In this document: in pieces, positions 23,151-33,732 of the stretch
How positions within the stretch are numbered: position 1 is the first letter of the stretch
Layout of the letters: each line of letters opens with the position of its first letter
Assembly (NCBI GenBank): GCA_965603825.1
Contig: CBFDEM010000018.1
Location: 434,001 to 498,000, forward strand
Origin: Blepharisma stoltei ATCC 30299
Taxonomy: Eukaryota > Protista > Ciliophora
DNA: 64,000 nt
Reading direction: 5' to 3'
Translations under genes and position numbers: made by a program
The notes under the pieces: model-generated
Databases searched by the model: none
What the model saw: the letters and a program-made list of their open reading frames with translations, nothing else
What the model was told of the DNA's origin: nothing

Positions 23151-23561
23151 ATGGAAGTGTCTCAAATTTCTCTTGATTTGCTAATACACAGCACATCATT
23201 AACCAATGTATATTTATGCCCAACCCCTGTGCTTCCAGGGCATATTTTAATCGCCCCCAAATCAAGAGTCCGTAATTTATTTCAGCTAAGTGAAGATGAA
23301 ACATCTGATTTGTTCAGAATTATATTGAGAATAAACAATATTTTAGAAAATGAATATCAGTGCAGTTCACTTACTCTTGATTTAAAGGACGGAGTATATA
23401 ATCATTTATTTTTTAGCTTAATTCCAAGAAAATTCAATGATTTAGAAGAAAATGACGAAATTTATTCATTGCTTGAAAAAATGGAGCTAGTGCAAGAGAA
23501 TTCAGGGCTTAATCAAAAAGCTGAAGAATTAAGAAAAATAATGATTCATTGTGAAGCTTAA
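23151..23561 (+). CDS. HIT-family (FHIT-like) protein with degenerate histidine triad
   Basis: PVLPGHILIAPK, LSEDETSDLF, LIPRK.NDLEENDEIY resemble FHIT; HxHxH is replaced by HLFFS. Confidence 0.75.
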   Translation: MEVSQISLDLLIHSTSLTNVYLCPTPVLPGHILIAPKSRVRNLFQLSEDETSDLFRIILRINNILENEYQCSSLTLDLKDGVYNHLFFSLIPRKFNDLEENDEIYSLLEKMELVQENSGLNQKAEELRKIMIHCEA

Positions 23562-24911
23562 TAAAATTTAATTTCTTATTTTACAGTTTGTGATAAAACC
23601 AAAACAAATAGGCTATGATTATTCAAGGAATTCAGTCTGAGAAATAGCTGATTGTTCAGAAAAGTGACTATTTTATTGGTTCTTATAAGCAGGGATGAAA
23701 TCAAAGTGCTGATAAAGAGAAAGCGTCCATGATAAATATATGCTAGATGAGCTATTAAGCTCAAAATTCAGGCACAAATAGTTTCAAAAAGAATAAGCAA
23801 GCAGAGATGATATAGATTCTCATGCCTTTAGGACAAATTCTGAACGAGAAAACAATTCTAAGCAAGTAAGCTATTTCGAAATTTTACATGGCAGGCTAAA
23901 TAGCATTCTTAACGATACTGAAATGATATCTGGTGGAAGAATTATCGCAATAAATGCTTTAGGTGCTAAAATTTTTATCCTTTCTATGACAATAAAACTT
24001 ACTCCTTAGTGTCAAGATACTCAGAGGGTTGCTTTGAGAATAAACCAAAATAATATAAGAGTGATACAATAGCACAAGGGGATCAAATAATCCCGAAAAT
24101 GATATTTTATTAAAAAAAGAAGTGATAACTGCTCTAAATAGCGAGGATAAGATCAATATTATTTAATCCAGCCTTGGAGATAATATTGATAGAATTTTTC
24201 TTGATTTATCAAAGCAAGCCTACATATCCGGTTTATAAAGCTTTAAAGATATGCTATTGAAAGCGAGCAAGTTAAGAAAAAAACTAATTCTAGGCAATAG
24301 CTTGTCTTCGTATAAATCTTGTAATAACACAAATTAACAGTTAGTTGCAAAATATTTTTGATTAATGAAGTGAATATCAAAATCCACGATTTTACAAGCC
24401 AAGACTGCTTATTGCTTCCTAGAGAATCTAATGATAACTCCCGCCTAAATCTCAAAGTCTTAACAATATCACTAATTGAGTTTTTATTATACTAAACCAT
24501 TAATAAGTTTTTAATTGCATTAATTTATTTGTTATTGCATATAAATCTATTAATTTAGATAATTTTTATTTATTAAACCTTGATTCATTTAAATTCAGAA
24601 AATCATTAAAATAATTTTTCTATATTCAAATTTCCTCATTTCTCGAAAACCCATTAAATTTAATAGTAGAATCTCACAATAAATTTTTGGATAGAATATT
24701 ATTTAAATCCATAAACAATTGTATCAAAATTTAATGGATTTTAAAAGTTACCTGCTATCAAGGATATAATATCTCAATAAAATTTAGCAAATTATTTTTC
24801 TTATTATATTTGGTCTTCTTTTTCCTTGACATTTATAATAATCAAAAATTTTGCACTGCAAAGGAAGTAATGTTTTCTATGGTTTCTTTGTATTAATGGC
24901 CCACATAATAA

Positions 24912-25763
24912 ATGTTATCTAGAGCCAGGCTGATTACTCGTTTCGTAACAACTCAAGCAGCCCCTCAAACTGAGTTATCAGAAGCAACACGAAGATATTG
25001 GAACAGAGTTGGAGACTGGTACCTCAAATATAACTATGAAAATTCCACAAAGATGTACGAAACCATGGCAAGTTTCCTCAGATTAGAAAAAGCCAAAAAA
25101 GTCCTAGACGCAGGATGTGGCGCAGGTAACGGGGTTCCAGCTATGAAAAAGTTCGCTGGCCCAAACACTAAATTCACCTTAGTGGACATTAGTGATTACT
25201 TTGTTCAAAAAGCTAGAGAATCAAACCCAGGGGTAGAAGTTCTCCAACAGGATGCTGAAGCTTTGTCTTTTAATGATTCATCGTTTGATGTTTATATTTC
25301 CAATGGACTCTTAGAAATCGTTAAGAAGCCTGATTGGGTTGTTAGTGAAGCTTATAGAGTATTGAAACCAGGCGGAGTTGCATCATTCTCTATTTATGGA
25401 AGAATGGGTATATGCAACACTCTAAGAATTTACAAATCAATTAGAAACAAGCTAGGAATCAAACGTGGAACTGCAGAGCCTAAATTTGAGCTTGCTGACC
25501 CAGAAAAAGTAAAAGCTTTGGTAAAATCTGTAGGATTCAAAAGAGTGGTTTATTTCTACGAGCAGTATCATTTCAATGTAATTGAGCCAAAAGATATTTT
25601 CGGGATGTATCTAGATAACCCAGTCCTAAGAGAAGGTGCAACTCAAGTCGGAAAAAGCCATGAATTCGAAAATTTAGTCAAACAGGAGCTGGAAGAAATC
25701 TTATTTGAAAAAGAAGAGCCTCTTATTTACGAAGCATTAGTAGTAACAGCTTATAAAGAATAA
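24912..25763 (+). CDS. Class I SAM-dependent methyltransferase with mitochondrial-type presequence
   Basis: VLDAGCGAG, VDIS, DAEALSFNDSSFD, RVLKPGG; N-terminus MLSRARLITRF. Confidence 0.88.
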   Translation: MLSRARLITRFVTTQAAPQTELSEATRRYWNRVGDWYLKYNYENSTKMYETMASFLRLEKAKKVLDAGCGAGNGVPAMKKFAGPNTKFTLVDISDYFVQKARESNPGVEVLQQDAEALSFNDSSFDVYISNGLLEIVKKPDWVVSEAYRVLKPGGVASFSIYGRMGICNTLRIYKSIRNKLGIKRGTAEPKFELADPEKVKALVKSVGFKRVVYFYEQYHFNVIEPKDIFGMYLDNPVLREGATQVGKSHEFENLVKQELEEILFEKEEPLIYEALVVTAYKE

Positions 25764-25876
25764 CTTATATTTCTCATAAAAATTAAATTGCCAAAATCTC
25801 AAACTATTCTAGAAATAATTTCAAATATTAAGATATTGCTGAGAGGAAATTTCAGTAATGCCAAGGTTTTTATAAA

Positions 25877-26584
25877 ATGGAAGTATTGATGTCACAACCG
25901 AATTTCGCACAAGAAAAATCCATAAAAATATATGAAAAGACGTCGGAGCATAGTTCTTATCAAGACTCATTGCTATTTATTAGAGATTTAGCTATCATGC
26001 TCCGATTGTCACAGCAGTGTGTCGCTACTGCTCAGTTTTATTTTAACTCAGCAAATATAAGTTTTTTTTCTATAAGTAGCGACATTTCTTCTTATGATAG
26101 CCTTTTACTGGCTACTTCTTGCTTATTTATAGCAGGAAAAGCTTTAGAACAGCCTAGACATTTAGAGCTATTTTGCAAAGTTTTTTATGATCGACGTTCT
26201 GCGATTCAAATAGGTAAAAACTCAAGACTGCAAATTCCTCCAATGTCTAAGGCAATGCTTGAGAAATTCAAGCAAAGTATAATATATTACGAGTTCATTA
26301 TTTTAAATACCATCGGATTTAGCACATATATCCCACTACCTTATTCCTATATCACAAATTTCGTAAATTTAACTGATTTGGACGTAAAAACGAAAGATAG
26401 TTTGCTTAGATGCGCAAATAGCTTTGCTAATGACAGTTTTAGAAGCTTAGTTGCATTAAAAAAAAACGCTGAAAATATTGGGAGGGCCTGTATATTTTTA
26501 GCTTCAAAATATTTACAAATTGAAACTACCATTTCAGCAGACCCTGAAACGATAAACTTTATATTAGAATGATATAATAATTAA
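25877..26584 (+). CDS. Transcriptional cyclin (cyclin K/T/L-like), UGA 4 codons before TAA
   Basis: LRLSQQCVATAQFYF, CLFIAGKALEQPR, EFIILNTIGF..PY cyclin box. Confidence 0.82.
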
Positions 26585-26587
26585 TGT

Positions 26588-27952
26588 TTATAATTGAAAT
26601 GGCTTATCTCCAAACATATCTTCCATTTCATCCACATCAATTCCACTTTCCCTTTGGTCGTACTCATAAAATAGTCTTGCATCGCTAAGTATTGACACTA
26701 TTGTATCGCCAACCCCACAGCTAATCAGATCATCTAGTGTAATTGCATAAAGGCACTTAGGCTTTGCCATATCCCAAATTTCGTCCTTTATATCGTCAAC
26801 TTTAAACCCGAATTTTTCTAAAGATTCTAGCTTCGCTATAATTGACCTCAAAAACAAATTAACCACAAAAGTATCAATTGCCCCTTTTTTATATATGTCT
26901 AAAATCTTGAAAAAATATTGCAGGCTTGGCGTTGTTTTTTTATTTTCCATTGCTAATACAAAATCCAGGAACGTTTTGTAGTCCATTTCTCCTTCAAAAG
27001 TTTGGTATTCTTCAAATAAACGATCCACAAAAATGCTTGTAAGTCCGCCTGAGTAACGTGTTAATTCTTGCTTTCTAAGCATTCCATTTCTATCTAAATC
27101 AAGCCTTAAGTAATGGTCATATACCCTCAATGTGTATTGAACAGAGAACCAATTTTGAGCGGCTTCTTCAGGGCTCATATTTTCTTGTCTCAGTTCATAA
27201 AGTTCAGCCAGAATTGGCGAAGTCAGCATATCTTTGATCCAAATCCTCCCTGTCTTTTTAGGATCCAAGAAAAAGAAAAATTTCCTCACAGCTGTAATCA
27301 CATAAAATGGATAAAAATTTTCCTGCAGACTTGATAGCTGTGCAAAAGAAGGAATCAGCTCAAAAATAAAGTTTTCTAAGTCTTTTTCTTTTAAATAGCC
27401 ATATCCAGCGCTATCATATAGAGAAATTTGGATTCTAGTTTGGTGTAAATTTACTTTTCTTACAATATAATGGAAAAAAGGAACAATTTCAATTCTTCCA
27501 TACTCATCACGATCGCATTTTAGGAATACTGAAGGCTGGAAGAATTGCCTGTATTTTGGATGTAATTTGTTGGCGACTTGACAAAATTGATCATAATTCA
27601 TTCTTTCAGAACCATCATCAGGGAAACTAGTATTGTTTTTCAATAAGTATCATAATTTCTCTAAATCCTCTTTATCTAGGACTTCAGCTGATTTATTATG
27701 AAGAAATCTTGTCCTAGCTTCCTGTCTAAGTTTTAAATATAATGGATTTTCTAATTGAGGCTTTTTGAAAAAGAAGCGAGGGATTTTTTTAAAGCTTTCA
27801 TTGCGTTTCTTTTCTTCTTCTTTTTCTTCTTCGAGGAGATTTAAAAAAGCAATGTCAACTTCTCTATCTAATTAGCTTTTACCGTTTTCAACTGCTGACT
27901 TGCGGGGCTTGTCTGCGAGGTATGATTCTAATAAGCTTACCCAGTTGGCCAT
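26588..27952 (-). CDS. PPP2R3C: PP2A regulatory subunit B'' gamma-like (EF-hand), copy 1, 1 UGA
   Basis: YLRLDLDRNGML, EMDYKTFLDFVLAMENK, DEIWDMAKP; extends to ATG 27952 through EKL[W]YLL. Confidence 0.88.
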
Positions 27953-28189
27953 TTTATAATGATTTATTTGAATTATTCTTGAATTAAGCTTATCTTTATC
28001 TCCTACTTTAGAAGTCAGCAAACCATTAGAAAATTAACCCCTATTTAAGAACAGCAAATTTTTTTTATATAAATATAATAGTTAAATAACTAATGCTTAT
28101 TCTTTGATGATTCCTAGGATAAAATCTTTATTTAAAAAATTTTAATAAATTTTTTAGTTTAATATATAAATAGCATAATGAAAAAATCA

Positions 28190-28745
28190 GGGCATAGTCC
28201 TTATTAAGATTCATTGCTATTTATTAAAGATTAGCTATCATGATTTGATTGTCACAGCAGTGCGTCGCTACTGCTCAGTTTTCATTTAACGCAGCAAATA
28301 TTAGCTTATTTGCTATAATTAGCGAGATTATTTCTTATTGCTCTTTTTACTGGCTGCTTAATTTTTATTTCTAGCAGGAAAAGCTGTAAAATAGCCAAGG
28401 CATTAGAGCTGCTTTGCAAAATTGTTTAAACTAACACTCTGCTATTCAAATAGCTAAAACCCAAAACTGCAAATTCCTCCAATGCCCTAGGCTATGATTG
28501 AGAAATTAAATGCATTTTCTCTTATATTTACTGCTTAAATTTACTATCAAGCAATAAAAGCAAAGGTTATAATATATTGCAATTTCAATTATTTTAAATA
28601 CCAGCGTATTTAGCAGATATATCCAACTATCTTATTTCTATATCACAAATTTGGTAGTTTAACTAAAGTGAACGTAAAAACGAAAGATATTTTGCTTAAG
28701 AAAAATTTGTGGTCTGAAGCAATAAATCTTATATTAAAATATTAT
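28190..28745 (+). pseudogene. Decayed duplicate of the cyclin gene at 25877-26584
   Basis: Colinear matches (e.g. GATTGTCACAGCAGTG.GTCGCTACTGCTCAGTTTT; CTGCAAATTCCTCCAATG; ACGTAAAAACGAAAGATA) with many indels and TAA/TAG stops. Confidence 0.9.
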
Positions 28746-28756
28746 AAATACGATAT

Positions 28757-30121
28757 TTATATTTGAATTGGCTCATCTCCCCAAATATCATCCATTTCAT
28801 CCACATCAATTCCACTTTCCCTTTGGTCGTACTCATAAAATGCTCTTGCATCGCTAAGAATTGACACAATTGTATCTCCAACTCCACATTTAATCAGATC
28901 CTCTAGCGTAATTGCATAAAGACATTTAGGTTTTGCCATATCCCAAATTTCATCTTTTACATCATCAACCTTAAAGCCGAATTTTTCCTTAGATTCGAGC
29001 TTCGCTATAATTGACCTCAAAAACAAATTAACCACAAAAGTGTCTATCGCCCCTTTTTTATATACGTCGAAGATCCTGAAAAAATATTGTAGACTTGGCA
29101 TTGTTTTTTTATTTTCCATTGCTAATACAAAATCCAGGAACGTTTTGTAGTCCATTTCTCCTTCAAAAGTTTGGTATTCTTCAAATAAACGATCTACAAA
29201 GATGCTTGTAAGTCCGCCTGAGTAGCGTGTTAATTCTTGCTTTCTAAGCATTCCATTTCTATCTAAATCAAGCCTTAAGTAATGGTCATATACCCTCAAT
29301 GTATATTGAACAGAGAACCAATTTTGAGCGGCTTCTTCAGGGCTCATATTTTCTTGTCTCAGTTCATAAAGTTCAGCCAGAATTGGCGAAGTCAGCATAT
29401 CTTTGATCCAAATCCTCCCTGTCTTTTTAGGATCCAAGAAAAAGAAAAATTTCCTCACAGCTGTAATCACATAAAATGGATAAAAATTTTCTTGCAGACT
29501 TGATAGCTGTGCAAAAGAAGGAACCAGCTCAAAAATAAAGTTTTCTAAGTCTTTTTCTTTTAGATAGCCATATCCAGCGCTGTCATATAGAGAAATTTGG
29601 ATTCTGGTCTGGTGTAAGTTTACTTTTCTTACGATATAGTGGAAAAAAGGAACAATTTCAATTCTTCCATATTCGTCGCGGTCGCATTTTAGGAATACTG
29701 ATGGCTGGAAGAATTGTCTATATTTCGGATGTAGTTTGTTAGCGACTTGGCAGAATTGGTCATAATTCATTCTTTCGGTACCATCATCAGGGAAACTAGT
29801 ATTGCTTTTCAATAAGTATCATAATTTCTCTAAATCCTCTTTATCTAGGACTTCAGCTGATTTATTATGAAGAAATCTTGTCCTAGCTTCCTGTCTAAGT
29901 TTTAAATATAATGGATTTTCTAATTGAGGCTTTTTGAAAAAGAAGCGAGGGATTTTTTTAAAGCTTTCATTGCGTTTCTTTTCTTCTTCTTTTTCTTCTT
30001 CGAGGAGATTTAAAAAAGCAATGTCAACTTCTCTATCTAATTAGCTTTTACCGTTTTCAACTGCTGACTTGCGGGGCTTGTCTGCGAGGTATGATTCTAA
30101 TAAGCTTACCCAGTTGGCCAT
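28757..30121 (-). CDS. PPP2R3C: PP2A regulatory subunit B'' gamma-like, copy 2, 1 UGA
   Basis: Same length (1365 bp) and near-identical to copy 1, offset 2169 bp. Confidence 0.88.
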
Positions 30122-30308
30122 TTTATAATGATTTATTTAAATTATTCTTGAATTAAGTATCCTAGGAGTCAAGTAAATAGCAGAAGTATTACTGTAACTT
30201 TCGATATAAAATAATTAATTATTTGATAAGAAACATATTTTCGAAACTATTAAAATATAATAAATGAAAATTTTTATACTTTAAGTAAACTTTAATAATT
30301 AATAATTG

Positions 30309-31472
30309 ATGAATGGAATTGAAGAAAGTCCTAATGGAACTAAAAAAGAAGCAGCAATGTAATTATAAATCAGATCAATAGATAAGCTCAAAAAACAAAA
30401 CCAGACTTTAAGAAACAACCTTAAAAATCTAAGTCAAGCACTTGACGAAGCTCTTGATAAACAAGCCAAAACTAACAACCCCAAAGAAAATCCAGAAGTC
30501 GCTGAATTTTCTGAAAATCCAGAAGACAAAGGTGTGTCCCTTGCAAGAATCAAAAAATACAAAAATCAGATTTTCAGCATGAAAAAAGAGCTAGAAGGCA
30601 ACAACGAAATGAGAATCGCCGACCTGGAGAACCAAGTCTCCTACCTAAAAAATAAAATCCAAGAATACGAAGACGAAAACGCTGCTCTGCTGAAAATCGA
30701 GCAAGAACAAAGCGAAGCTGCCTCATCCAATCTAAACACGCTTCAAATAAACTCAGCAAAAGTCGATTCTTTAAAAGAAGAGCTAAAATCCTTAAAAGAA
30801 ACACACAAAGATCTCCTTTTAAAACAAAAACAAGGCGAAAAAACTCTTAAGGATTTCCACGAAAAATATGTGAATTTAGAAGAATTTTGCAGAAAAACAA
30901 AAGCATTGATAAGGCAAAGGAAATTAGAAGAAAACCTACCGCCACTGCCTGAGGTGACTGATGAAGAAATAAGAGAACTTGAGGATAAAATCAAGGAAAC
31001 GGAAAAAATGAAAAAAGAAGAAGAAGGGAGTTTGAAAAAGAAAATAAAAGAACTTGAAAAACAGATAAAAGTTAGCAAGGCTAATATTAATGATTTGCAG
31101 AGCAAGCTGAAAGAGAAGGATCAGGAATGCAGGGCGACGATGCTGAAAATTAAAGAGCTTAGAAGAGCTGTGAGGCAGTGCAAACTAAGCCCTATTAATA
31201 GGTCTACAAATACAGAGGTAGCGCCAAGGCCAAGCACGCTGAGATCTTATGAATCGAAAATTGAGATAAAAAGACCAGTAGCTGTTGAAAGATATGGGAG
31301 AGAAATAAATCAGTATAAAAGTGTAAAATCAAACAGAAAATCAAGTAGTCAAGATCGAGACAATTTAAAAGTGACCCCATTTTCTGAAGAGAATTCAGAT
31401 GGGATGATGCCTATGAAGCCTTCATCTTTTGGGGATATGGGGAGCTCATTTCTCACTCAAGACCACCAATAA
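30309..31472 (+). CDS. Coiled-coil protein, 2 exons
   Basis: ATG 30309 is in frame with the track ORF once intron 30359-30373 is removed. Confidence 0.75.
30359..30373 (+). other. 15-nt intron GTAATTATAAATCAG
   Basis: GTA..CAG, A at position 10, contains an in-frame TAA. Confidence 0.75.
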
Positions 31473-31591
31473 AGCTTTATATTTTGCCTTTGCTAGCATA
31501 AATATACCTCAAAAATTCATAGTAAATAATTATCCTACTGAAATTCAGATAATTTTTTATTTTAATAAAAAAAATTCCAATTTAATTCACA

Positions 31592-32105
31592 TTATTTATA
31601 TTTCACATCATTTTCAATTTTAGCATACTCCAGCTCAAAATTCGCTTTTTTTTGCTGAGTTCAATTAATTTCATAGTCAAAATATAGATAAGTTCCTTGC
31701 TCTTTTTCTGGAGTTGTTACTTTTGGAGCGCCTTGTCTTTGAAACCAAGTTTGATATTGCATATGGTAAATCCAATCTTTGGATTTTAGTAATTTGCTGG
31801 CAAGAAATTGCTGATATGTTCCATGCTGATGATAAAATATAAAGAAAAGGGCATCTTGGTCAAGCTTTTTATACTGCTCCAGATCGTTAAATAAAGGTCT
31901 TTTAGGAAAGCTATTATGACATTGGTAAGGTGACTTCAAAATCTGAAGTTGAGACTTTTTTCTTTCATCTGGTCTTATTCCATATCTGCACGCTGAGTCT
32001 AGAGCTTCTTTTGAGTCTCCTGAACTGAGTTTTATATAATCCTAAATTCTATCATACTTCAGCGGTATCTTCTTGCTCTTCTGAATCCTCTTGGCTTCTT
32101 TCCAT
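31592..32105 (-). CDS. NOT2/NOT3/NOT5 (NOT-box) domain protein, 2 exons, 1 UGA
   Basis: LDQDALFFIFY..GTYQQFLA..L..KDW.YH..YQTWF..GTYLYFDYE.N[W]; start via a 16-nt intron. Confidence 0.85.
32042..32057 (-). other. 16-nt intron GTATGATAGAATTTAG
   Basis: Joins a 16-codon exon from ATG 32105 in frame to the NOT-box ORF; A six nt from the 3' end. Confidence 0.7.
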
Positions 32106-32488
32106 TTTTTGACTTGAAAAATCTGAGAGTGAGGGTTTATCAATCAATAGATTTATTGGTATTAGTGATAAGAGACAAAATGAGCTAATAAGAAATTTTA
32201 GCTATAAGTTACTGTGATTTTTAAAAGTTTTTAGTTAATTTTTAATAATTTTGCATCTGGAGAAGTTGACTAGCCACTCCAAAATAAAAAAAATTGCAAA
32301 AGAATATCAAATAAAATTAGGAAATTTTAAAATTTTTTGAGCAATATTGCCAATTTATTAAGCTTAAGCACATTAGCTACCTGACTCAATAAATTAATTT
32401 TAGTTAGTTTCATTAATATTTGCAATAATTATTCATAAAAAAGTTTCTGTTTCTCATAATAAATTCATAGATTAAAATTATAAATAAA

Positions 32489-33670
32489 ATGTCAGGTCAT
32501 GCTGGTCTAAAGTCTTACTATCTTTCTAAGATAGAAGACCTGACTCATAGAGTTCAAGCCAAAATGGCTGAAGTAAAACGCCTTGAAGCCCAGCGCAACG
32601 AAATGAACAACCAAGTCCGCAATCTTCGTGAAGAAATCCAGCTCTTGCAAGAACCGGGCTCATACGTAGGCGAAGTTGTCAAAGTTATGGGCAAGAAAAA
32701 GTGTCTCTGCAAGGTGAATCCTGAAGGAAAGTTCGTTGTAAATATAGCCAAAGAGATCCCACTTGACAAATTGACCCCTAACACTCGTGTTGCCTTAAAA
32801 AGTGACTCATATCAGCTTCACAAGATTCTTCCCAGCAAAATTGACCCTCTAGTCAGCTTAATGAAGGTCGAAAAAGTGCCTGACTCGACCTATGACATGA
32901 TTGGAGGCTTAGACCAGCAAATAAAAGAAGTCAAAGAAGTCATTGAGCTCCCTATTAAGCATCCAGAAATATTTGAAGCCTTAGGAATTGCGCAGCCTAA
33001 AGGAGTTTTACTATATGGCCCACCAGGAACAGGGAAGACTTTATTAGCAAGAGCTGTTGCCCATCATACTGACTGCACATTTATCAGAGTTTCCGGAGCT
33101 GAATTGGTCCAAAAATACATAGGAGAAGGCTCCAGAATGGTAAGAGAGCTCTTTGTGATGGCTAGAGAGCATGCACCTTCTATTATATTTATGGATGAAA
33201 TTGACTCTATAGGTGGTACCAGGATTTCAGGGGAGCATGGAGGGGATTCTGAAGTCCAAAGAACTATGCTTGAGCTGCTAAACCAATTAGACGGATTTGA
33301 AGCCAATAAAGACATCAAGGTTATCATGGCCACCAACAGAATTGATATCCTTGATGAAGCTCTATTAAGACCTGGAAGAATTGACAGAAAAATCGAATTT
33401 CCAAACCCCGACGAAGACGCCAGAGCCCAAATCTTAAAAATCCACTCCAGAAAAATGAACCTAACTAGAGGAATTGACTTCAAAAAGGTCGCAAGTAATA
33501 TGAATGGCGCTTCAGCTGCAGAAACCAAAGCAGTTTGCACAGAAGCTGGGATTTTTGCATTAAGAGAAAGAAGGGTGCATGTGACTCAAGAAGATTTTGA
33601 GCTTGCTGTCGCAAAAGTGATGAAAAAAGATACAGATAAGAATTTATCATTTGCTAAGCTATGGAAATAA
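32489..33670 (+). CDS. PSMC5: 26S proteasome AAA-ATPase Rpt6
   Basis: [52 protein letters not shown] end. Confidence 0.97.
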   Translation: MSGHAGLKSYYLSKIEDLTHRVQAKMAEVKRLEAQRNEMNNQVRNLREEIQLLQEPGSYVGEVVKVMGKKKCLCKVNPEGKFVVNIAKEIPLDKLTPNTRVALKSDSYQLHKILPSKIDPLVSLMKVEKVPDSTYDMIGGLDQQIKEVKEVIELPIKHPEIFEALGIAQPKGVLLYGPPGTGKTLLARAVAHHTDCTFIRVSGAELVQKYIGEGSRMVRELFVMAREHAPSIIFMDEIDSIGGTRISGEHGGDSEVQRTMLELLNQLDGFEANKDIKVIMATNRIDILDEALLRPGRIDRKIEFPNPDEDARAQILKIHSRKMNLTRGIDFKKVASNMNGASAAETKAVCTEAGIFALRERRVHVTQEDFELAVAKVMKKDTDKNLSFAKLWK

Positions 33671-33732
33671 GGTAAAAATATTCTTTATATGTCCTGTCCT
33701 TAATTACAAATAATTTTTATATATTATGGAAA

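Larger units (their letters stand above)
25940..30160. repeat. Direct tandem duplication of a ~2.1-kb cyclin + PP2A-B'' unit
   Basis: Unit 1 ~25940-27990, unit 2 ~28190-30160. Confidence 0.92.

Noticed and set aside
23576-24460. Coding-like region with several short minus-strand ORFs
   Set aside because: Frames are broken by TAA/TAG not explained by 15/16-nt introns; possibly a pseudogene, but no parent identifiable
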